Assembly (NCBI GenBank): GCA_039588295.1
Contig: JBDHAB010000035.1
Span: forward strand, 1 to 32,575
Length of the DNA stretch: 32,575 nucleotides
Direction: 5' to 3'
Source of the DNA: Gemmatimonadota bacterium
GTDB taxonomy: Bacteria > Gemmatimonadota > Gemmatimonadetes > Gemmatimonadales > GWC2-71-9
The first letter of the stretch is position 1; every line of letters begins with the position of its first letter. A program made the translations under genes and the position numbers. Below the pieces are notes generated by a model. That model saw only the letters and a program-made list of their open reading frames with translations. It ran no database searches and was not told the DNA's origin. Positions 18,181-26,833 of this stretch are shown here, in pieces.

Positions 18181-19520
18181 GCCAACGACCCCGAATATCC
18201 CGCTATCCGATCAGCAACCTCCTTCACCATTGCCCGCCCTTCCTTGATCTCCCAAATCGACACGATTGGCACCAGTTTGGTCGCGAGCATGTAGAGCAAG
18301 ACGAAACCGGAAAAGGTCGCCGACATGATCGAGAGTTCGATCCACGACGGGAAGTAGTGACCGATGGTCTCCAGCTCCCACCGCGGATTCACCGAGGTCG
18401 GCACCACGATGTTGTACCGTTCGAGCCACATGCCGATCACCACGGCAATGCCCGCGATGAGCGTGCCCTTCGGTGTGCGTGTTGCCCGACGTGACATCAG
18501 CGCAAACGGGATGATGAAACACCCGGCCACCATCATCCAGAAGGGTATGGCGAACGGCCCAGTCAGTTTCGCCCAAAAGGTCCGCATCTCGCCCGGTTCG
18601 CCTCCGTAGAACGCGGTCAGGTACTCCGCGAACGTGAAGTAGAACCACAGCACGCTGAGAACGAGGAGCAGGCGACCCAAGTAGTCGAAATGGACGGCTT
18701 TGAAGTAGTCTTGCAGCCGATACACCCGCCGGAGGATCACCATCGCAACCAGAATCGCGGCGATCCCGGAATAGATCGCACCCATGACGAAATAGGGCCC
18801 AAAGATCGTGCTGTGCCACATCGGCCGCAATGTCATGGCGAAGATCCACCCAATCACCGTATGAACCGATACCGCGATCGGAATCACCACGATCGAGAGA
18901 ATGCCGATCGCACGCTCGAGGCGTGCACGCTGCGGGGGGGTATCGCGATACCCGGCCGCCACGAACCGGTAGAGTCGGGGAGCCTTGATGCCGCTGTCTC
19001 GGATAATGGCCAAGTCCGGGAGCAACGGGAGGTAGAGATAGATCGTGCAGGAGACGAAGTAGAGCCCGATGCTGATGACGTCCCACAGCAAAGGTGACCG
19101 CCACTGCGCGTGCAAGATCACGTTGAGCACACGATCAGGACGGCCCAGATCGACGATTGGCTGAATGGCCCCAAAGCCGATCACGAGCACCGTAATCAGC
19201 TCGGCCGACCGGGTGATGGACCGCCGCCATTCCGCTTTGCTCACGCGCAGGATCGCTGAGATCAACGTGCCTGCATGACTGATCCCGATGAAGAACACGA
19301 AGCAGATGATGTAGATGCCCCAGTACCCCGGTCGGTTCAGCCCGGTACGGCCGAGCCCGTACTTGACCTGGAGTATGTAGGCGATCATTCCCCAGACCGT
19401 TATGGCTGCGAGAATGCCGGCGCCCACGTAGAACCCACGCGAGGTTTCGACGAGCGGTCGCAGCAGCACCCGTTCGTCGGGTGGCAGCTTGGCTAATTTC
19501 TCAGCAACGTCGCTGCGCAT
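18177..19520 (-). CDS. nrfD: NrfD/PsrC-family integral membrane subunit (ActC/QrcD-like); symbol is a family label
   Basis: GISHAGTLISAIL, WRRSITRSAE, DLGRP, SPLLWD, VSVHT, WHSTIFGPYFVMGAIYSG, GMWLERYNIVVP and about 10 TM helices. ATG lies 1 nt after the FeS gene stop. Confidence 0.93.
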   Translation of the reverse strand: MRSDVAEKLAKLPPDERVLLRPLVETSRGFYVGAGILAAITVWGMIAYILQVKYGLGRTGLNRPGYWGIYIICFVFFIGISHAGTLISAILRVSKAEWRRSITRSAELITVLVIGFGAIQPIVDLGRPDRVLNVILHAQWRSPLLWDVISIGLYFVSCTIYLYLPLLPDLAIIRDSGIKAPRLYRFVAAGYRDTPPQRARLERAIGILSIVVIPIAVSVHTVIGWIFAMTLRPMWHSTIFGPYFVMGAIYSGIAAILVAMVILRRVYRLQDYFKAVHFDYLGRLLLVLSVLWFYFTFAEYLTAFYGGEPGEMRTFWAKLTGPFAIPFWMMVAGCFIIPFALMSRRATRTPKGTLIAGIAVVIGMWLERYNIVVPTSVNPRWELETIGHYFPSWIELSIMSATFSGFVLLYMLATKLVPIVSIWEIKEGRAMVKEVADRIAGYSGSLA

Positions 19521-19521
19521 C

Positions 19522-20205
19522 TCACCCTCTCGCCTGGAGGTAGTACACTTTGGGTTGCGTTCCCAGGTCCTCCATGATGCGCGTGGCTCTCGCATCGTCC
19601 TTCAACTCGGCAACACGGTGTGTCGGGTCGTCCAAATTCCCGAATACGATCGCCCCAGTGGGGCAAACCTCCGCGCACGCTGGCTGATAGTCTTGCTCAC
19701 GCAACTCGCGACCTTCGACGCGTGCGTCCTCACGTGCTTTCTGCAAACGATGGTGGCAAAACGTGCACTTCTCGATGACTCCTCTGTCTCGCGGCGAGAC
19801 GTCCGGATTCAGATACTGGCGCTCGGACGCGGCCCAATCCGGTCCATACCAATTGAAGTACTTCACCGTGTACGGACAGGCGTTGGCACAATAGCGGCAG
19901 CCAATACAGCGCGGATAGATCTGTCCGACGATACCTTCGGCGTCGATGTACGTCGCACGCACTGGACACACCTTGATGCACGGGGGATTGTCGCAGTGCA
20001 TACAGGGGCGTGGTAAGAAGTCCATCGAGGTGTCGGGGAAGTCCCCGTGCACATGCGTCGATACCTTCATCCAGCTCATCGTGCGCCCGGCATCTGCCTC
20101 CTCGAGGGACACCGTCGGGATGTTGTTCTCGGCCTTGCACGCTACCTCGCAGGCGGCGCACCCGGTGCATCTGTCGAGGTCGATCACCATGCCCCAGCGC
20201 GTCAT
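19522..20205 (-). CDS. 4Fe-4S dicluster electron-transfer subunit (NrfC/PsrB/QrcC/ActB2-like)
   Basis: WGMVIDLDRCTGCAACEVAC, CMHCDNPPCIKVCP, CIGCRYCANACP, KCTFC..PACAEVCP: 16 cluster Cys. Confidence 0.96.
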   Translation of the reverse strand: MTRWGMVIDLDRCTGCAACEVACKAENNIPTVSLEEADAGRTMSWMKVSTHVHGDFPDTSMDFLPRPCMHCDNPPCIKVCPVRATYIDAEGIVGQIYPRCIGCRYCANACPYTVKYFNWYGPDWAASERQYLNPDVSPRDRGVIEKCTFCHHRLQKAREDARVEGRELREQDYQPACAEVCPTGAIVFGNLDDPTHRVAELKDDARATRIMEDLGTQPKVYYLQARG

Positions 20206-20217
20206 CGCATCAACCCC

Positions 20218-22581
20218 CTAGGCTCGTTCGAGCCGGACGAAGGTGGAGAACCATGACGGCAGTCCAGTCAGGACATCGGTTGAACCATCGAGGAGCGCGA
20301 GTGGGTTTGCCAGCTCACCATCAGCGTGCCGCAGACCATACGGCGCACAGACATTCTCGGGTGCAGTCCCCGGAAACACCTTCACCCGCGCTCGATAGCG
20401 CCCCTGCGCAGATACCACCCAGACAAGGGTGTCATCGTCAAAGCCCAGGTCGCTTGCTGTCGCAGGTGCGACCTCCACCCACGGTACCCAATGCACGTCA
20501 GGGAACAGACCGGGTTGCTCGGCAAGCCACCGCTCCAGTGCAACAGTCCCAGAGGAAAGCGTCGAAACGCGGTAGGGGATGAGACGGAGCGGAAAGTCGT
20601 GGGTTCCACCGTCATCGGTCGGCCCGACGTCCACGTGCAGTGCTCGCTCAGGGGCTACCTCGCGCAACGCCTCGTCGAGCGCGCGCGGCAGGAGCTCGAT
20701 CCGCCCGTCCGAGGTTCCGGCGATGCCCGCGGGATCGGTGGTATCATAGAACAGATCGGTCCAACCACCTCGATCGACGAGCGCATCCCAAAACGCCTCA
20801 AACTCGGTGTGCTCCGCGAGCCACCAACCCCGTGCTTCCATCGCTCGATGCTGCTCGCGCTCGAACGCATCACCGAGCAGCATGCCGCGACCCGCTCGGA
20901 ACAGGCCTCGCGCCCGCGCTCGAACCAGGGCTTCGAAGCTCTCGAACGGCAGGCTCTGCGCCATGGGGCCTCCAAGCCTCCTCGCGAGCGCAAGCACGGC
21001 ATCACCCGTGTGTACCGGGCCTTCGGGCGGCTCGACCACAGGTCGTACCAACCCCCACGTCGCATAGGGGTACGTGGGCGAGCCCGGCGCATCCTGCCAC
21101 CGCTCATACGGCAGCAAGTCGGGGAGCACGAGGTCCGCCTGTGAGGCGGTCTCGTCGAGAAACGGGGAAAAGCTCACGACGAACGGGATCCGATCGAGTG
21201 CTTGCCGCCACGCCTCGGGCCTCGCAGACGACGCCAACGGGTTCGCGTAGTACAGCAACAGCGTGTCGATCTCCGGCCCATCGGCAGCGGCCATGGCCTC
21301 CGCGAACCGCACAGGACGGTCGCCGTCACCGAACGGGGGCATGCCGTTCAGCACCGGTTGCCGGGCTAGTCCGGCGCGGCTCGTCGCGTCTGCAGCGGGT
21401 GTCGGCAGCGCCTCGACTGGCGCGTCGCTGCCGAACATCACGCCACCTGCCCGGTTCACCCGGCCCATGAGCACGTTGAGGCTGTGCACGGCCACGCCAG
21501 CGAGGAGGCCGTTCGGTGCGTGCAGGACGTCACTGCCCGGAACGACCACCGGTGCCTCGCTCCGAGCAAGCGCTCGGGCGAGCGAGGTGATTCGCTCCAC
21601 CGGGACCCCGGTGACCGCCGATACCTCCTCCGTGCGATACCGCCGCATCACGAGCGACCGGTATCCTTCGCGGCGTTGCCCACGCGCATCGGTGAAGTCT
21701 TCAAACCCCGAGACGTGTCGTGCGACAAATGCTGCGTCGTACAGCTCGTCACGGATGAGCACGTACGCCATGCCCATCGCAAGGACCGCGTGGGTACCGG
21801 GCCGAATGCCCACCCACTCGTGTGCACGGGCGGCAGTGCGGGAAAAACGGGTGTCGACCTGTACGAACCGGGGACGGGCCGGGCGCTCCGCTCCCGGGTC
21901 CGCATACGCCACGAAGGCCTGAAGCGGCGACCACCACGACTCGAACAAGGGCGCCCCGAACGAGAGCACGAAGTCCGCCCGCTCCAAGTCGTAGCTGGGC
22001 GCACGCCGGATTCCGTGCATCAGCGCCATCACGGCGCTGCTCCCATCGTAATAGTCGTCCGCAACGTAGTTGGGCGACCCGTAGGAACGGAGGAACTGCT
22101 GCCAGACGTCCTGCATGCTCGCGGCGGAGAACCCACTTAGTACGGCGAGCGCCTCCGGTCGACCACCGGCTCGCAGCGCTTGGAGCCGTTCGCTGACCTG
22201 GTCGAGGGCATCGTCGGCTGAGATCTCTCTCCACTCCCCGGCACCGCGCGCGCCGACTCGGGCGAGCGGGTGGATCACGCGATCGGGGTGATACAGCATC
22301 TGCACACCGGCAATCCCTCGGGGACAGATGCCACCGCGGTTCATCGGATGCAGGGGACTCCCGACCAGCCGAACGAGTCGGCCGTCGACGACACGGGCAC
22401 TGATGCCGCAGCGCGACGGACAGATGAGACACGCCGAATTGAACCGCTCCTCGACGCCCGGAGCCCACCCCGGGTCGTCGAGCACGTCAGCTTCCCACAC
22501 CACATCCTGCGACCATCGTAGGCCGACAGCCGTTGCCGCCGCACCCACTGTCCAGAGAAACTCGCGTCGTGTGGATCCCAT
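20218..22581 (-). CDS. Tat-exported molybdopterin-oxidoreductase-like subunit (QrcB/ActB1-like)
   Basis: Tat motif STRREFL, FS0 motif CLICPSRC..GICPRG, LYHPDR..PL, GSPN, DTRFSRTA..A.EW..IRPGT, FLDETASQADLVLP and a C-terminal dinucleotide-binding-like domain. Confidence 0.93.
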   Translation of the reverse strand: MGSTRREFLWTVGAAATAVGLRWSQDVVWEADVLDDPGWAPGVEERFNSACLICPSRCGISARVVDGRLVRLVGSPLHPMNRGGICPRGIAGVQMLYHPDRVIHPLARVGARGAGEWREISADDALDQVSERLQALRAGGRPEALAVLSGFSAASMQDVWQQFLRSYGSPNYVADDYYDGSSAVMALMHGIRRAPSYDLERADFVLSFGAPLFESWWSPLQAFVAYADPGAERPARPRFVQVDTRFSRTAARAHEWVGIRPGTHAVLAMGMAYVLIRDELYDAAFVARHVSGFEDFTDARGQRREGYRSLVMRRYRTEEVSAVTGVPVERITSLARALARSEAPVVVPGSDVLHAPNGLLAGVAVHSLNVLMGRVNRAGGVMFGSDAPVEALPTPAADATSRAGLARQPVLNGMPPFGDGDRPVRFAEAMAAADGPEIDTLLLYYANPLASSARPEAWRQALDRIPFVVSFSPFLDETASQADLVLPDLLPYERWQDAPGSPTYPYATWGLVRPVVEPPEGPVHTGDAVLALARRLGGPMAQSLPFESFEALVRARARGLFRAGRGMLLGDAFEREQHRAMEARGWWLAEHTEFEAFWDALVDRGGWTDLFYDTTDPAGIAGTSDGRIELLPRALDEALREVAPERALHVDVGPTDDGGTHDFPLRLIPYRVSTLSSGTVALERWLAEQPGLFPDVHWVPWVEVAPATASDLGFDDDTLVWVVSAQGRYRARVKVFPGTAPENVCAPYGLRHADGELANPLALLDGSTDVLTGLPSWFSTFVRLERA

Positions 22582-22597
22582 GATGTCGAGCTCCGCC

Positions 22598-23098
22598 CTA
22601 GCGATGGCAGGCGTTGCAGTCAAGCGTCGCCCCTTGTTCCCGGTGGCAGTCCATGCAGAAGTCCATATCGATCCGCATGAGGGCTCGGCGAGGGGGCCGC
22701 TCCGTCGCGGCGATGTCGCCGTGACAGCGTTCGCACGGAAGCTCGGCGACCGCGACGTGACGCCGATGTGTGTAGAAAACGTGGTCCGGCATCCGAAACA
22801 GCTTGTTGAACTGGAGCGGATCGCCTGCGGTGAGGAGTTCTGTCACGCGGGCTGCTTCCTCAGACTCTCCCTGAGCCGCCGAATGACAGAGGGAACACGT
22901 GGTGGCGTCGGGCAGCCCGGAGTGGGCGCCGGTCTGCGCGTAGGGGTGGCAGAACTCGCAGGCAAGCTCGAGTTGCTGCGTGTGTTTGGCGTGGTTGAAT
23001 GCCACCGGCTGCGGCACCGCGGAGCCCCGGCGCACGATCGTCACGATGGCCGTCACACCGAGCAGGAACGCCACCGCCACCGGCAGCACCAGGCGCAT
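22598..23098 (-). CDS. membrane-anchored pentaheme cytochrome c (ActA/QrcA-like)
   Basis: N-terminal TM helix, QPVAFNHAKH, CEFCH, CSLCH, PDHVFYTHRRHV, CERCH, MDFCMDCH, DCNACH. Start at ATG 23098 is inferred. Confidence 0.92.
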   Translation of the reverse strand: MRLVLPVAVAFLLGVTAIVTIVRRGSAVPQPVAFNHAKHTQQLELACEFCHPYAQTGAHSGLPDATTCSLCHSAAQGESEEAARVTELLTAGDPLQFNKLFRMPDHVFYTHRRHVAVAELPCERCHGDIAATERPPRRALMRIDMDFCMDCHREQGATLDCNACHR

Positions 23099-23667
23099 TG
23101 CACCCCCGCCCCGCCCGCGGAGCGCCCACGGTGACCACCTTCCGCCGCCGAACAGTCTCGTCACAGAGGGCGTGATCCGCACTGGCGGCCCCCCCGCAGA
23201 CTGAGTGGAGGGAATACCGACGGCCTTGACTCGGTGCAGGAGTGCGCGGATCTGCGCGCAAACCGCGCGCGAGCGTCCCCCCCCGCCGGAGTCCACGCAG
23301 CAAACGCGCACACCGAGTGCCCTGCAGCCACCCACGAGAATCCGCGCATGTCCCCCCCGCACATCGAGTGGTCAGGAGAGCGATGCCAACACTGGCTTGG
23401 AAGCCAAACCCAGTGCTTCGAACGTTAGGCCGCATCACCGGAGCCAAGCCACCCTTCTTGCCGGCCCGCTAAGCGCCTCTCAGCCAACGGGTTGCACACT
23501 TTCCAGGCAGCGAGCCAGCGGACGCTGCGACCATCCCAAACATGCAGGCTTCGCCCAAAAAACGAAAGACCACGATAAAGCTCGTAAAACGCCCGACCCT
23601 CGCGTGCTGGCCCCGAACGCGCTGCCAGGCATCGACTACCACCCGACGGGCCTGTCGCGGCGATGGC

Positions 23668-24150
23668 CTACGCTAAAGGATCCCTTTGCCGGACATTCGT
23701 CTTGATCTCCGACACCAGGATCCGGCGGGCAAATTCATACCGCTCACCGACGATGCGGGCGATGTTCTTCATGACGATGAAGCCCAATCGGACATCTGCG
23801 TCGCAGCATTCCTGCAAGTCGGACTGCTTGATCCGCAATAGCTCCGAATCTTCGACCGCGTGGGCCGTGAGTGTGTAGCGGTGCGGTGGAATCATCGCAG
23901 ACCAGCCGCATGCACCATAAGCTCCTACGGTGTCCAGCGGGAGTTCGTCCGTGGCACCGGCGTACTCGACCTGAAACCGGAGCTCGACTCGTCCGGAGCG
24001 CACAAACACGAGATGTGTGGCGGGATCGCCCGCCTTGAAGATCGTTTCACCCTGCTTGACGGTCATGATCTCGCAACGCTGCCCGAGCACGTTCAACTGT
24101 TCCGGCGTCAGGCCTTCAAAAATGGGAAACGCCTCGAGTCCATCCATCAT
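23668..24150 (-). CDS. stand-alone cyclic-nucleotide-binding domain protein (Crp-type sensor domain, no HTH)
   Basis: RBS GGGAGGA. FPIFEGL..EQL, GETIFKAGDPA, VRSGRVEL, GWSAMIPPHRYTLTA.A.EDS.LL.I. 160 aa. Confidence 0.9.
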   Translation of the reverse strand: MMDGLEAFPIFEGLTPEQLNVLGQRCEIMTVKQGETIFKAGDPATHLVFVRSGRVELRFQVEYAGATDELPLDTVGAYGACGWSAMIPPHRYTLTAHAVEDSELLRIKQSDLQECCDADVRLGFIVMKNIARIVGERYEFARRILVSEIKTNVRQRDPLA

Positions 24151-24469
24151 GACTGGTTCCTCCCGCCTGCCGTAGTGAGCTGTCGTCGGACATCGCCAAC
24201 CGACGACAACCCGTCGACCCTCAACGGCTCTGAATGGCGCCAAGGGGTTGCGGCATGCCATCTGCCTTTTAAGCTGCGGGTGACGCACAGCGCTCGCAAG
24301 ATGCTCACGGGTACGTGGTAACCGGGGTTATACCCCAAGAGCTGGGACCCTGCAGATCACTACGAAGGTCCGATCATTCGGGCTACAGAGAAGACCTGTA
24401 CGTTGAGACCGCGTCTCGGATAAGGACATAAGGCTCGCCAGCTTCACGGGGGCAGTTGAACTGCGGCGG

Positions 24470-25471
24470 ATGCTACCCACACGCACCCTCGGCACGAATG
24501 GCCTCGAGATCACCGTCGTCGGGTTCGGCGCCTGGGCGGCGGGTGGCGGCGGCTGGGCGTTCGGCTGGGGACCGCAGGATGACGCCGACTCGATCGCCGC
24601 CATGCAGCGCGCGGTCGAGCTGGGCGTCAACTGGATCGACACGGCGGCGGTATACGGATACGGACACTCGGAGGAAGTCGTGGGGCGATTCCTCCGAGAA
24701 CTGGCCGCCTCCGAGCGACCGTACGTCTTCACCAAGTGCGGGCTGGTATGGCCCGAGGACGACCGCTCTGCGCTGGCAGAGCGCGTGCTCCGACCCGACT
24801 CGATCCGCCGTGAGTGTGAGGCGTCGCTGCGACGGCTCGGCATCGACCGCATCGATCTCTACCAGTTCCACTGGCCGGACGAATCCGGCGTGCCGGTAGA
24901 GGATTCGTGGGACGAGATGCAGCGGCTCATCGAGGAAGGGAAGGTGCGCTACGGTGCAGTCTCCAACTTCGAGGTCCCGCTTCTCGAGCGCTGCGAAGCC
25001 CTGCACCATGTACAATCGTTGCAGCCGCCCTTCTCACTCATCCGGCGTGAGGCGGCGGAAGACGTGATCCCGTGGTGTCGCGCACACGGAACTGGCGTCA
25101 TCTGCTACAGCCCAATGCAGGCAGGTCTGCTCACCGGTACGTTCACCGCCGAGCGCGTCGCCGGACTCCCGGACGACGACTGGCGGACCCGCGACGCCGC
25201 GTTCCAACGGCCGCTGATTCAACGGAACCTCGCCCTGCGCGACGCACTTCGTCCGGTCGCGAAGCGGCACGGCATATCTGTCGCAGCCACGGCCGTTGCG
25301 TGGACGCTTCGGTGGCCCGGTGTCAGCGGCGCGATCGTGGGTGCGAGGTCACCGAAACAGGTCGACGGATGGATTGACGCTCCGAGTGTCGAGCTTGGGA
25401 ACGAGGATCTCGACGAGATCGCAGCGGCAATTTCCATGACGGGCGCCGGAGGAGGACCGAGCCGGCCGTAG
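24470..25471 (+). CDS. aldo/keto reductase
   Basis: GFGAWAAGG, WIDTAAVYGYGHSE, FTKCG, SLRRLGIDRIDLYQFHWP, VSNF, YSPMQAGLL. Confidence 0.96.
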   Translation: MLPTRTLGTNGLEITVVGFGAWAAGGGGWAFGWGPQDDADSIAAMQRAVELGVNWIDTAAVYGYGHSEEVVGRFLRELAASERPYVFTKCGLVWPEDDRSALAERVLRPDSIRRECEASLRRLGIDRIDLYQFHWPDESGVPVEDSWDEMQRLIEEGKVRYGAVSNFEVPLLERCEALHHVQSLQPPFSLIRREAAEDVIPWCRAHGTGVICYSPMQAGLLTGTFTAERVAGLPDDDWRTRDAAFQRPLIQRNLALRDALRPVAKRHGISVAATAVAWTLRWPGVSGAIVGARSPKQVDGWIDAPSVELGNEDLDEIAAAISMTGAGGGPSRP

Positions 25472-25514
25472 TACGGCTGGTGTCCCCAACGCTCTATACC
25501 TGCAAAGATCTTCG

Positions 25515-25523
25515 TGATACAAT
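25515..25523 (+). promoter_or_regulatory. candidate extended -10 promoter for the PqqD-family gene
   Basis: TG-A-TACAAT in an AT-richer gap about 50 nt upstream of ATG 25573. Confidence 0.3.
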
Positions 25524-25572
25524 GACTCGTGTGCTCCTGGTGAAGAGCGACTGTGTCAGGGGTTATCCGACT

Positions 25573-25857
25573 ATGGTGGACGATTCGCCCGACAGACTCG
25601 AACGCGTAGCTCTCTCGAAGGACGTGCTGACCGCACATCTGGAGGGGGAGGCTGTGCTGCTCCATCTCGGCACCAAGCAGTACTACCACCTGAACGAGAC
25701 AGGCGCGGTCATTTGGAAAGCTCTCGAGCAGGGCCTCGATCTTGACCGCATTGTGGGCCGCCTCGTGGAGCATTTCGATGTTGACCTCGCAACCGCAACG
25801 ACCGAAGTCGAACGCGTACTCAGCGAGTTGCGGGATCGGGACCTTCTGGAATCGTGA
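25573..25857 (+). CDS. PqqD-family protein / RiPP recognition element (lasso B1-like)
   Basis: 94 aa with the typical RRE pattern LEGEAVLLHL....YYHLNETGAVIW..L....IV..L...FDVD...A..EV...L..L....LL. Start uncertain (upstream ATG at 25522 is in frame). Confidence 0.9.
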   Translation: MVDDSPDRLERVALSKDVLTAHLEGEAVLLHLGTKQYYHLNETGAVIWKALEQGLDLDRIVGRLVEHFDVDLATATTEVERVLSELRDRDLLES

Positions 25858-25870
25858 AGACTTCCCCACA

Positions 25871-26833
25871 GTGAGCGCGAACGCCAACCGCGCGCGTCTC
25901 ACGCACGCGCTGCTGGAAGACCAATCCCTCATCCTCGAATCGCAGGTGGAGTGCTGGCCACTGGTTCGTGCGTGGCTGCCGCTGAACTGCGAGGCTGCCG
26001 CGAGTACGGCTCGGCCGCGAGCGACTCTGGCAGTCGAAATCGCTCGATCGAACGCCGGCCCACGCTCCTCCGGCAAGGGCACGCTCCGGGTCGGGTCCGT
26101 GCGGGCACATGTCGATGAACACGCGGCGCGCGTTCGGCTGGTCGGGGCAGCCGAGTGCTGGGGGTGGGTCGATCTCGATGGGCTTCACGCGAGCCTGCAG
26201 GTGCCACCGGGCGGACCGGAGGCGGTGGCCGCGGACGTCTACTCGATGCTCACCATTGCGTCGGCGCTCCTCTTGGGCAGATCGGGTCGGGGCTTGATCC
26301 ACGCTGGGGCAATCGTCGCGCCCGAGCGGAACGCCTGGCTCATCGTCGGCGATGCCCGTTCAGGCAAATCCACAACGTGCGCCAGTCTCGCAATCACAGG
26401 CTGTGAGCTGCTGTCTGACGACCAGGTTGTGCTGACCCGCAGTGAAGAGGGGGTTGCTGTTGAGGGTTGGCTGCGACCGCTGCATCTCGATGAGGGGTGG
26501 CCGGACGGTGTCCCACGCGGACGACGGCGCACGGTTCATCCAGCGGAGTTGACGGGCGAACCCCGCAGTCGATCGGTTCAGCTTGCCGGCGCACTGTTCA
26601 CGTCGGTGGTGGCCGCCGAGCGGACATCGGTGTCGGTGATCTCGGCTGCCGATGCGTTCACCGGCATGGTACGCCAGTCCCCCTGGCTGATGGCGGATCG
26701 GCGCGCCGCGGAATCGGTGGTGGAGACGCTCTCTTCCGTGGCGAGGCTTTCTGCGTACGCCGTTCAACTGGGGCTCGACACCTTCAGCCAGCCAGATCGG
26801 CTCCGGGCGGTGCTGGATCCGGTGATTGGCTAG
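25871..26833 (+). CDS. HPr-kinase/PEPCK-like P-loop kinase
   Basis: LIHAGAI, Walker A GDARSGKST, LLSDD. Follows the PqqD gene by 13 nt. GTG start inferred. Confidence 0.8.
   Translation: MSANANRARLTHALLEDQSLILESQVECWPLVRAWLPLNCEAAASTARPRATLAVEIARSNAGPRSSGKGTLRVGSVRAHVDEHAARVRLVGAAECWGWVDLDGLHASLQVPPGGPEAVAADVYSMLTIASALLLGRSGRGLIHAGAIVAPERNAWLIVGDARSGKSTTCASLAITGCELLSDDQVVLTRSEEGVAVEGWLRPLHLDEGWPDGVPRGRRRTVHPAELTGEPRSRSVQLAGALFTSVVAAERTSVSVISAADAFTGMVRQSPWLMADRRAAESVVETLSSVARLSAYAVQLGLDTFSQPDRLRAVLDPVIG

Noticed and set aside
20218..22581. Assignment as nitrate, polysulfide, DMSO or formate oxidoreductase, or as a selenoprotein
   Set aside because: No recognisable Mo-ligand motif, no in-frame TGA and no maturation chaperone nearby.
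23099..23362. N-terminal extension of the pentaheme cytochrome given by the ORF track (similar extensions at 2551, 9150, 12237, 17102, 30883)
   Set aside because: Low-complexity sequence upstream of better starts that have an RBS, a signal peptide or translational coupling.
23393..23447. TGGCTT-GG-AAGCCA palindrome and a minus-strand TTGGCTCCGGTGATGC sigma-54-like site upstream of the redox operon
   Set aside because: Short and degenerate, so likely by chance at this GC content. No FNR or CRP box was found by eye either.
24251..24335. CGGCATGCCATCTGC sigma-54-like site and short TAACC/GGTTA palindrome between the cNMP and AKR genes
   Set aside because: Weak matches about 200 bp from the start codon with no independent support.
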